DNA of 64,000 nucleotides, from assembly GCA_045652815.1 (NCBI GenBank), contig JAZOLH010000037.1, positions 691 through 64,690 on the forward strand, given 5' to 3'. Position 1 is the first letter of the stretch, and each line of letters starts with the position of its first letter. The position numbers were made by a program, and so were the translations under genes. The stretch comes from Clostridia bacterium (lineage in GTDB: Bacteria > Bacillota > Clostridia > UBA1381 > UBA9506). Below the pieces are notes generated by a model. The model was not told the DNA's origin. It saw only the letters and a list, made by a program, of their open reading frames with translations, and did no database searches. Shown here one piece after another: positions 35,002-42,801 of this stretch.

Positions 35002-37626
35002 ATGAAGCGAATTGCTGTTGGCATTCTGGCTCACGTGGACGCAGGCAAAACAACCCTCTCTGAAGGTCTTTTATATACAGCGGGGGAGATTCGAAAGTTT
35101 GGTCGCGTGGATACCGGAGACACGTTTTTGGACACAAATGAAATCGAGCGCAAAAGAGGCATTACTGTTTTTTCAAAGCAGGCGGTGATCAGTCTGGAAG
35201 AAACTGTGATGACTCTTTTAGACACGCCCGGACACGTGGATTTTGCCGCAGAAGCAGAGCGTACACTTTCTGTTTTGGATTATGCGATTTTAGTCATCAG
35301 CGGAACCGATGGCATTCAAAGCCACACCAAAACTCTTTGGGATATGCTGGCAAAACACAATCTTCCTGTGTTTGTTTTTATAAATAAACTGGATTTAACC
35401 GGTAGCGATAAACAGCGCGTTATCAGCGAACTGAAAGCAGAATTCGGCGGCAATTTTGTTGATTTTACGGAGAAGACTGAAACTCTTTGTGATGAACTCT
35501 CCCTTTGCAGTGAAGCGCTGATGGAAGAGGCGCTGGAAGGTAAGATTACGGAGAAAAGCGTTGCTGAGGCGATCTGCGACCGTCATCTGTATCCTTGTTT
35601 TTCGGGGTCCGCACTGAAGATGGAGGGCGTCTCTTTCTTTTTAAAGGCCTTCGACCGCCTGACTTTGCCTGCCAAGGCCATGGCAATTTTTGGTGCGAAA
35701 GTGTTTAAAATCGGTCAGGACGACCGTGGCAACCGCCTGACGTTTATGAAAATCACGGGCGGTAGTCTGAAAGTGAAAAGCACGCTTGTAACCGATGGGG
35801 AAACAAGTGAAAAAGTCAATGAAATCCGCATTTATTCCGGCGAAAAATATAAAACTGAAGAGGAAGTGTTCCCCGGCACCGTTTGCGCTGTGACAGGTCC
35901 GAAACTGACAGCGGCAGGGCAGGGGCTTGGCTTTGAGAAAAACGCTTCTGCACTAACAGCAGAGCCGATTTTTACCTATCGGGTGATTCTGCCCGCAGGC
36001 GTTATGCCCTCGGTGGCTTTAGAAAATTTCCGTCAGCTAGAGCAGGAAGAAACCCAGCTGAAAGTCACTTGGAATGAGCAACTTGGCGAAATCCAAATCA
36101 GACTGATGGGTGAAATTCAACTTGAAATTTTAAAAGATTTAGTCAAAACTCGTTTCGGGATGGACGTGGAGTTTGAAGAAGGCCGCATTGTTTATAAAGA
36201 AACCATTGTCAACACTGTGGAGGGCGTGGGTCATTTTGAACCCCTGCGCCATTATGCAGAGGTGCATCTGCTTCTCGAGCCCTTGCCCGAAAACACGGGG
36301 ATGCAGTTTGAAATTGATTGCCCCGAGAGCGTTTTAGATAAAAACTGGCAACGACTTATCTTGACGCACTTAATGGAAAAGCAACATCTGGGCACTTTGA
36401 CAGGGTCGCCCATTACCGATATTAAAATCACCTTAAAATCAGGTGCGGCACACCAAAAACATACAGAGGGCGGCGATTTCCGTCAGGCGACTTACCGCGC
36501 TGTTCGTCAGGGTTTAATGCAGGCTCAGAGCGCTTTGCTTGAGCCATACTATGAATTTGTGATTGAAGTTCCTGCCGAAAACGTGGGCAAGGCCATGACA
36601 GACCTTGATATGTTGGGTGCACAGTTTTCCATCTCCCATTTGGGCGGTGATTTAACAAAAATCAAGGGCACTGCACCTGCCGAAGCCATCCGAAATTACG
36701 GACAACAAATGATTGGGTATACCCACGGAAAAGGCAGAATTACCTGCAAATTCTGTGGTTATGGCAAGTGTAAAAATGCTGAAAGCATTATTGAATCCAT
36801 CGGTTATAATGCCGAAGCCGATGTTTTAAACACCCCCGATTCTGTGTTCTGCAGCCACGGGGCAGGGTTTACGGTGAAATGGGACGAAGTGCCACAGCAC
36901 ATGCACTTAGAGAGCATTTTAAAGCCCAAAAAGGCAGAAGAAAAGGAACGGGTAGTTCGTTCCTCTTCCATCCACGCAGGCGACGATGAACTCCTTGCCA
37001 TTTTTGAAAAAACCTATGGTAAGGTGGAAACAAAACTGCCTTCCCGTGCTATGCACACTAAGAAGAATATGCCGGAGAATAAGAGACATCACGCGGTGAA
37101 ACGTTTTGATAAAGACTATCTGCTCATTGATGGTTATAATATGATTTTCGCTTGGGAGAGTTTGAAAAAAATCGCCCAAAGCAGTTTAGAAGATGCGCGG
37201 CGTGAACTCATCGACCGCATTTCTGTTTACAAAGTCTTTAAAGGCTGGGAGGTTATCATTGTTTTTGATGCCTATAAGGTAAAAGGCAACATCGGTGAGG
37301 TTGAAAAGGAAAAGGGCATCACCATTGTGTACACAAAAGAATCCCAAACTGCCGATGCTTATATCGAGAAAGCCACCCGTGAACTGACAAAACAGTATAA
37401 CGTAACCGTTGCCACCTCTGATGCCTTAGAGCAGTTAATCATCTTCGGCAGCGGTGCCTTCCGCATGCCTGCAAGGCATCTCGAGGAGGAAGTGTTGCAG
37501 GTGGAAAAAGGCGTGCGGCAGATGGTGGAAACCTATAACTTAGAAACCGAAAGTTCGGGCTTTTTAAAAGTGTTAGAAGAAAAACTGGCGGGCTGGAAAG
37601 AGAAAAACCGCCCCGAAATGAAATAA
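35002..37626 (+). CDS. Tet(M)/EF-G-like translational GTPase fused to a C-terminal Rae1/YacP-type NYN ribonuclease domain
   Basis: G motifs AHVDAGKTT, DTPGH and NKLD, with Tet(M)-like N-terminal similarity. C-terminal LLIDGYN, VFDAY, TADAYIE and ATSDALEQ match YacP/Rae1 catalytic motifs. A single 874-codon frame. Confidence 0.85.
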   Translation: MKRIAVGILAHVDAGKTTLSEGLLYTAGEIRKFGRVDTGDTFLDTNEIERKRGITVFSKQAVISLEETVMTLLDTPGHVDFAAEAERTLSVLDYAILVISGTDGIQSHTKTLWDMLAKHNLPVFVFINKLDLTGSDKQRVISELKAEFGGNFVDFTEKTETLCDELSLCSEALMEEALEGKITEKSVAEAICDRHLYPCFSGSALKMEGVSFFLKAFDRLTLPAKAMAIFGAKVFKIGQDDRGNRLTFMKITGGSLKVKSTLVTDGETSEKVNEIRIYSGEKYKTEEEVFPGTVCAVTGPKLTAAGQGLGFEKNASALTAEPIFTYRVILPAGVMPSVALENFRQLEQEETQLKVTWNEQLGEIQIRLMGEIQLEILKDLVKTRFGMDVEFEEGRIVYKETIVNTVEGVGHFEPLRHYAEVHLLLEPLPENTGMQFEIDCPESVLDKNWQRLILTHLMEKQHLGTLTGSPITDIKITLKSGAAHQKHTEGGDFRQATYRAVRQGLMQAQSALLEPYYEFVIEVPAENVGKAMTDLDMLGAQFSISHLGGDLTKIKGTAPAEAIRNYGQQMIGYTHGKGRITCKFCGYGKCKNAESIIESIGYNAEADVLNTPDSVFCSHGAGFTVKWDEVPQHMHLESILKPKKAEEKERVVRSSSIHAGDDELLAIFEKTYGKVETKLPSRAMHTKKNMPENKRHHAVKRFDKDYLLIDGYNMIFAWESLKKIAQSSLEDARRELIDRISVYKVFKGWEVIIVFDAYKVKGNIGEVEKEKGITIVYTKESQTADAYIEKATRELTKQYNVTVATSDALEQLIIFGSGAFRMPARHLEEEVLQVEKGVRQMVETYNLETESSGFLKVLEEKLAGWKEKNRPEMK

Positions 37627-37639
37627 ACAGGAGATACAA

Positions 37640-39193
37640 ATGAGTATTTTAAATGCAGAAAACATCAGCCACAGTTTTGGTGGCAGACAAATTTTAGAAG
37701 ATGCAAGTTTCCGCTTGCTCAAAGGGGAGCACATTGGCTTAATTGGTGCTAATGGTGAGGGAAAATCCACTTTCCTGAAGATTATCACAGGTGAAATGCA
37801 CCCCGAACAGGGTAAGGTGGAATGGTGCCGCCACGTGACCTATGGTTACCTTGACCAGTATTCTTCACTGGAAGCTGGCAAAACCATCCGCGATGTGCTT
37901 CGTGATGCTTTTTCCCACCTTTCCGAACTGGAAGCAGAGATGATTGCCATTTATGATAAAATGGCAGAAGCAAGCGAAGAAGAACTTGCCGATATGATGG
38001 AAGAAGTGGGCGAAATGCAGGAAATTTTGGATTCCTCCGGCTACTATACCATCGACACCAAAATCTCGGAATATGCCAACGGTTTAGGTCTCGGTGAAAT
38101 CGGTCTTGACCGTGATGTAACGGAACTTTCAGGCGGACAGAGAGCCAAAGTTTTGCTTGCTAAAGTGCTTCTTGAAAACCCCATGATTCTGATTTTGGAC
38201 GAGCCCACGAACTTTTTGGATGAAAACCACATTAACTGGCTGACGGAGTTTTTGCAGAACTACGAAAATGCCTTTATTCTGGTATCTCACGATATGCCTT
38301 TCTTAACTAAGGTTACCAACGTGATTTATCACCTTGAAAATACGGTTTTAACCCGCTACAAAGGTACTTACGAAGACTTTTTGCGTATGCACGATTTAAA
38401 GAAACAGCAGCTGGAACAGGCCTTTAAAAAGCAGCAGAAAAAGATTGCTGATTTAGAGGATTTTGTGGCCCGAAACAAAGCCCGTGCCGCAACAGCAACG
38501 CTGGCACGTTCCCGCCAAAAAGAACTTGACAAAATGGAGCGTATCGAACTGGCGCCCGAGAAAATCAAGCCCACATTTAACTTTCAGGCAGACCGTGCAC
38601 CGGGCAGAATTGTTATTGAGGCCAAGGGTTTGGTCATTGGTTACGATTCACCCCTGACAAAGAAAATTGACATTCAGATTGAGCGCAACAAAAAGATTGC
38701 CATCCGCGGTGTGAATGGCTTGGGTAAATCCACGCTTTTAAAAACCTTACTTAAAATGATTCCTGCCCTAGAGGGCGAGATTCATCACGACCAGTTTATC
38801 AATGTTGGCTATTTTGAGCAGGAGGAAAGCACCTCCGATAAAACCGCTTTGCAGGAATTCTGGGATGAATTCCCTGCCATGACCAATGCGGAAGTTCGTG
38901 CGGCACTTGCAAAATGCGGTCTGACAACAGAGCATATCACAACACAGATGCGCGTGCTCTCCGGTGGCGAAAATGCGAAAGTACGTCTTTGCAAAATTAT
39001 GCAAAAGCCTGCTAACATCTTGGTTTTGGACGAACCGACGAACCACCTTGATATTGTGGCAAAAGAAGAACTGGCTAAAGCCATTCGCGAGTTCCGTGGC
39101 ACAGTCCTTTTGGTTTGCCACGAAGCCGAATTTTATCAGGGCGTTGTGGATGAAATCTGGGATGTATCTGATTGGAGCACAAAAATTGTTTAA
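37640..39193 (+). CDS. ABC-F family ATPase (no TMD; ribosome-associated translation factor / antibiotic-protection family)
   Basis: Two NBDs (GANGEGKST / LSGGQRAK / ILDEPTNFLD; GVNGLGKST / LSGGENAK / VLDEPTNHLD) joined by a charged linker. 517 aa. 13 nt downstream of the GTPase-NYN gene. Confidence 0.9.
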   Translation: MSILNAENISHSFGGRQILEDASFRLLKGEHIGLIGANGEGKSTFLKIITGEMHPEQGKVEWCRHVTYGYLDQYSSLEAGKTIRDVLRDAFSHLSELEAEMIAIYDKMAEASEEELADMMEEVGEMQEILDSSGYYTIDTKISEYANGLGLGEIGLDRDVTELSGGQRAKVLLAKVLLENPMILILDEPTNFLDENHINWLTEFLQNYENAFILVSHDMPFLTKVTNVIYHLENTVLTRYKGTYEDFLRMHDLKKQQLEQAFKKQQKKIADLEDFVARNKARAATATLARSRQKELDKMERIELAPEKIKPTFNFQADRAPGRIVIEAKGLVIGYDSPLTKKIDIQIERNKKIAIRGVNGLGKSTLLKTLLKMIPALEGEIHHDQFINVGYFEQEESTSDKTALQEFWDEFPAMTNAEVRAALAKCGLTTEHITTQMRVLSGGENAKVRLCKIMQKPANILVLDEPTNHLDIVAKEELAKAIREFRGTVLLVCHEAEFYQGVVDEIWDVSDWSTKIV

Positions 39194-39227
39194 AAAGAAA
39201 AAGCCTACCGTTTGGTAGGCTTTTTTA
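39194..39227. terminator. Bidirectional intrinsic terminator (ABC-F / rlmN-like)
   Basis: Stem AAGCCTACC, loop gttt, stem GGTAGGCTT, with flanking A- and T-runs. Confidence 0.85.
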
Positions 39228-40241
39228 ATTTTCATATGCAGAAGAAAGTTGCCCGCAGGCGGCATTCATATCGCCGCCAAATTCTCGGCGGACGGTAACA
39301 TTAACGCCCCGCCTTTTTAAAATATCAAAAAAAGCGGCGATACGCTCTTTGGTGCTGGCGCAAAAATCAGCCGAACGGGTTTGGTTATAGGGAATCAGAT
39401 TTACATAGCAGTTAAAACCCGAAAGAAGAGTCGCCAGTTCCTCGGCGCAGGCATCGGAATCGTTCACATCCTGAATCATAATGTAGGCAAAGGTAACCTT
39501 TTTATTGCTTCTTTCGGCATAGAGTTTTGCCGCGTCAATCAGATCGCTGATGGGGTATGCCTTGTTGATGGGCATCAGCTTGCTTCTGAGTTCGTCATTG
39601 GGTGCGTGGAGACTGATGGCAAGACTGTTAAAGGCCTCACGAGAGGCGTATTCAATAATTTTCGGGGTGATGCCGCTGGTGGAAATGGTAACGTGGCGGG
39701 CAGCAATGGCAATGCCCGGCTGGGCGGTTATGATATCAATAAAGTCCATTACGTTGTCATAGTTATCAAAGGGCTCGCCGATGCCCATCAGCACCACGTG
39801 GGAGATGGGAAACTTAAGTTTATCCCGCAGGTAAAGAACCTGAGCCACCATTTCGCCTGCAGAGAGATTGCGGACTTTTTTGAGTTTGCCGCTTTCGCAA
39901 AAAGCACAGTCCATATTGCATCCCACCTGTGTGGAAACACAAACACCGTTGCCGTAATCGTGTTTCATCAAAACGGTCTCGATGGTGCAACCGTCAGACA
40001 GGCGGAACAAAAACTTTTCCGTATCATCACTTTCGGCGGTTTTGATGAGCGAAAGGGCATCAAAGGTAAAGTCCTGTGCCAGTTTTTCACAGATGGCAGG
40101 AGACAGGGTTTTGATGTCTGAAAAGGATGTTAACTTGTCTTCATAAATGGCTTTAAAAACGATTTTTGCCTTGGCGGGATTCTCCCCAAAAGAGCGGAAA
40201 TAATCCTCGAGTTTCGGCATCGTCATGTCGTAAATATTCAT
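39225..40241 (-). CDS. RlmN/Cfr-family radical SAM 23S rRNA A2503 methyltransferase
   Basis: CNMDCAFC radical-SAM cluster, SLHAPNDELRSKLMPIN, and C-terminal ACGQL. AGAGGAAC RBS before ATG 40241. The ORF-track start at 40406 is rejected. Confidence 0.85.
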   Translation of the reverse strand: MNIYDMTMPKLEDYFRSFGENPAKAKIVFKAIYEDKLTSFSDIKTLSPAICEKLAQDFTFDALSLIKTAESDDTEKFLFRLSDGCTIETVLMKHDYGNGVCVSTQVGCNMDCAFCESGKLKKVRNLSAGEMVAQVLYLRDKLKFPISHVVLMGIGEPFDNYDNVMDFIDIITAQPGIAIAARHVTISTSGITPKIIEYASREAFNSLAISLHAPNDELRSKLMPINKAYPISDLIDAAKLYAERSNKKVTFAYIMIQDVNDSDACAEELATLLSGFNCYVNLIPYNQTRSADFCASTKERIAAFFDILKRRGVNVTVRREFGGDMNAACGQLSSAYEN

Positions 40242-40398
40242 AGCGGTTCCTCTTAAAATGCAAGTTACAAGGTCTATTATACCGCAAAAATCCCACTCTG
40301 TAAAGTGAGAGAAACAGTAAAATATATTGTCATTTTCTGTCGAATATGGTATACTAAAAGATAAGAAGAATAAATAACATCTGACAAGGAGGGGAAAT

Positions 40399-41238
40399 AT
40401 GTTCAAAAAAGTAATTGCTTTAGTGATGACGGTGATGCTGGCATTATGTTCAACCGGCGTTTATGCTGTAGATTCTTACGGTGGCTACGATATCCCCATT
40501 GATATTGATATTAACGGAAGTTTTATTAAGTGTGTAGAAAAGCCGATTTTGATTGATGGCACAACATATATCCCTTTGCGCGCTTTCTCCGATGCTATTG
40601 GCGGCGTGGTTGGATGGGATGAAAAAGAAAATGCCGCTAAGATGGAAAAAGACGGTCATACCTTTGTGTTCTGTCCCGAAAAAAACTATTGCCTTATCGA
40701 TGGCGCACTGAAAGAACATCCCTCCGTTATCTATAAAGACCTGACCTTTATTCCCGTCAGAGCTGTGTCTGAAACTTTAGGTTATAACGTTAAATGGGAT
40801 GGTTTTTACCTGACGGTTAAGATTGAGGCGCCGAATGTGACTGTTCCGCAGGAATGCAGGGATGATTCTTATACCTATGAAGACGTTCTGTACCTTGGAA
40901 AAATTATTCAGATTGAATGTGGATATGAATCTTTTAACGTTAAATTGGGTGTTGGCGGTACTGTTTTTAATCGCGTTGGATCATCAAGTTTCCCAAACAC
41001 CGTTAAAGACGTTATTTTTGATACAAGGTATGGCATTCAGTTCCCGCCGGTACATACGGATATGATTAACAGAACGCCCTCTGCGGAGAGTATCAGCGCC
41101 GCAAAATGCGTGCTGAACGGTGTTAATATCGTGGGCAATTCGCTGTATTTTATCGATACAAAACGTGCGGCATCTTCCTGGGCTCACAACAACAGACCTC
41201 ATCATGCCGATATAGATGGAATGTCTTTTTATGAGTGA
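40399..41238 (+). CDS. Secreted copper-amine-oxidase-N-like domain + SleB/CwlJ-type cell wall hydrolase
   Basis: Signal peptide. Two IPLRA/IPVRA stalk repeats. C-terminal Hydrolase_2-like region (GKIIQIECGYES...VFNRV...YFID). Confidence 0.75.
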   Translation: MFKKVIALVMTVMLALCSTGVYAVDSYGGYDIPIDIDINGSFIKCVEKPILIDGTTYIPLRAFSDAIGGVVGWDEKENAAKMEKDGHTFVFCPEKNYCLIDGALKEHPSVIYKDLTFIPVRAVSETLGYNVKWDGFYLTVKIEAPNVTVPQECRDDSYTYEDVLYLGKIIQIECGYESFNVKLGVGGTVFNRVGSSSFPNTVKDVIFDTRYGIQFPPVHTDMINRTPSAESISAAKCVLNGVNIVGNSLYFIDTKRAASSWAHNNRPHHADIDGMSFYE

Positions 41239-41277
41239 TTTTTAGCATAAATCTCTTGGAACAAGGAGATGAGCAAT

Positions 41278-41526
41278 ATGAAAAAATTTAGACGTTGTGA
41301 AACATGTGGAAAATGGTTTGCTATGAAAGAAACCGAAAAAACACTTGTTGGAAAAGAAGACATCAAAATTTTTGAACGCTTAACTCAGCCTCATTTAAAG
41401 GGTCAGGTGGAGAAAGTGGTAGACCGTTTTGTTCCGGGAGAAAGGTTTTTCTATGACGTAACCTATCGCTGTCGATTTTGCGGTGCAGAAGTGAAAGAGA
41501 GCGTTTTTGAAGACGTTAAGAAGTAA
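41278..41526 (+). CDS. Hypothetical zinc-ribbon protein (CxxC...CxxC)
   Basis: AAGGAG RBS 9 nt before ATG 41278. CETCGKW ... CRFCGAE. Confidence 0.55.
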   Translation: MKKFRRCETCGKWFAMKETEKTLVGKEDIKIFERLTQPHLKGQVEKVVDRFVPGERFFYDVTYRCRFCGAEVKESVFEDVKK

Positions 41527-41544
41527 TTGGGAGGCAGTTTTTCG

Positions 41545-41994
41545 ATGAAATTTGTTTTGCAAAGAGTGTTAGAAGGCAAGGTGACCGTAGACGGTCAGGT
41601 TTGCGGTGAAATCGGCAAAGGTTACGTGCTCCTTTTGGGTGTTGCCGAGGGCGATACCAAGGAAATGGCTGACAAAATGATTGAAAAAATTGCCCGTCTG
41701 CGCATTTTTGAAGATGAAAACGGAAAAACCAATCTGTCCATTGATCAGGTGGATGGAGAAGTGCTGGTGGTTTCCCAGTTTACGCTCTATGCCAACTGCA
41801 AAAAGGGCAATCGCCCCAGTTTCACAGAGGCAGGCAGTCCTGCGCTGGCAGAGGAATTATATAACTATGTGCTGACCCGTTGCAGCGAGTTATTCAAACG
41901 GGTGCAAAGCGGCATTTTCGGGGCGGATATGAAGGTCTCTTTGGTGAACGATGGCCCCTTTACCTTGGTGTTAGACAGCAAAGAAATTCTCTAA
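41545..41994 (+). CDS. dtd: D-aminoacyl-tRNA deacylase
   Basis: [15 protein letters not shown] and NDGPFT motifs. GGGAGG RBS. Confidence 0.92.
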   Translation: MKFVLQRVLEGKVTVDGQVCGEIGKGYVLLLGVAEGDTKEMADKMIEKIARLRIFEDENGKTNLSIDQVDGEVLVVSQFTLYANCKKGNRPSFTEAGSPALAEELYNYVLTRCSELFKRVQSGIFGADMKVSLVNDGPFTLVLDSKEIL

Positions 41995-42010
41995 AAAAGC
42001 GAGCAAAACA

Positions 42011-42439
42011 ATGAAAGACATTTTAAAGAAATGGACAGCAAAAGAATATATCTGTTTTGGTCTTTTGGTAGTGCTTGTCACGGGATTTGGTTTGTGGCTT
42101 TTGTGCCGCGACCTTGCCGCTGAGGGCAGACTTACGGAGGATTTGCCCATCCTATCCATCGCGGCAGAGAAGACAGAGACAGAGCAAGAACCTGTGCCCG
42201 AACCGGTGCCGCCGGAAGAGAGTGGAATTCGGGCGGATGGGCTTGTGAATATTAACATAGCCAGCATTGAAGAACTCAAAACATTGCCGAATATCGGTGA
42301 TGCGATGGCAAAGAGAATCATTGCCAAAAGGGAAGAAGCGCCCTTTCGGCAGATACGGGATATTAAGAAAGTCAACGGTATCGGTGATAAAACTTTTGAT
42401 GTTTTAAAAGACAGAATTTGCGTTTCAAATGAAGAATGA
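42011..42439 (+). CDS. comEA: ComEA-family helix-hairpin-helix DNA-binding protein
   Basis: N-terminal TM anchor. C-terminal tandem HhH (LKTLPNIGDAMAKRII...VNGIGDKTF). Confidence 0.82.
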   Translation: MKDILKKWTAKEYICFGLLVVLVTGFGLWLLCRDLAAEGRLTEDLPILSIAAEKTETEQEPVPEPVPPEESGIRADGLVNINIASIEELKTLPNIGDAMAKRIIAKREEAPFRQIRDIKKVNGIGDKTFDVLKDRICVSNEE

Positions 42440-42473
42440 AAAGGATTATGACTTTGGTCGTAATCCTTTTTTA
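42440..42473 (+). terminator. Intrinsic terminator of comEA
   Basis: AAGGATTATGA ... TCGTAATCCTT plus a T-run. Confidence 0.75.
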
Positions 42474-42532
42474 TTGCATAGAACCGCATAAAGAGATAAT
42501 ACTAAAATTATCAAACAAAAGGAGGATACAAA

Positions 42533-42712
42533 ATGAGCGAAGTTAAGAAAACAGAAAAAGCATTATCAGGTGTTGCCTGCACCGTGACAAACTGTATGTA
42601 TCACGGTGGTCATACCGACTGTGAGGCGGCATCTATCGAGGTGACCACCTGTGATCCTGTGCAGCAGTGCAGTGTGCAGTGTAAAACCTTTCGTCCCCGT
42701 GCAGGCCGCTAA
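42533..42712 (+). CDS. DUF1540-domain small Cys-rich protein (59 aa; not in the supplied ORF track)
   Basis: AGGAGG RBS 6 nt before ATG 42533. Manual translation: MSEVKKTEKALSGVACTVTNCMYHGGHTDCEAASIEVTTCDPVQQCSVQCKTFRPRAGR. The C-x-V-x-x-C ... C-x-A ... C-x-T-F pattern is typical of DUF1540. Confidence 0.75.
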   Translation: MSEVKKTEKALSGVACTVTNCMYHGGHTDCEAASIEVTTCDPVQQCSVQCKTFRPRAGR

Positions 42713-42731
42713 TTAAAATTTGCAAATAACA

Positions 42732-42760
42732 TTGTAAGACGTGCGCATTTGTGCTATACT
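42732..42760 (+). promoter_or_regulatory. SigmaA promoter of addA (TTGTAA, 17 nt, TGcTATACT)
   Basis: Extended -10 with a 17-nt spacer, 42 nt upstream of ATG 42802. Confidence 0.5.
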
Positions 42761-42801
42761 TTAAGTAAAGATATGAATTTGTCTTTGCAGGAGTGGTACA
42801 A

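Noticed and set aside
35002-37000. Calling the GTPase an acquired tet(M)/tet(O) tetracycline-resistance gene
   Set aside because: Family similarity alone does not show resistance function. There is no conjugative-transposon context, the gene is operonic with core-like genes, and the C-terminal NYN fusion is not a feature of known Tet determinants.
40242-40406. 55-codon N-terminal extension of the RlmN/Cfr-family ORF
   Set aside because: ATG 40241 has an AGAGGA RBS and gives the canonical family N-terminus. The extension overlaps the promoter, RBS and start of the divergent SleB-like gene.
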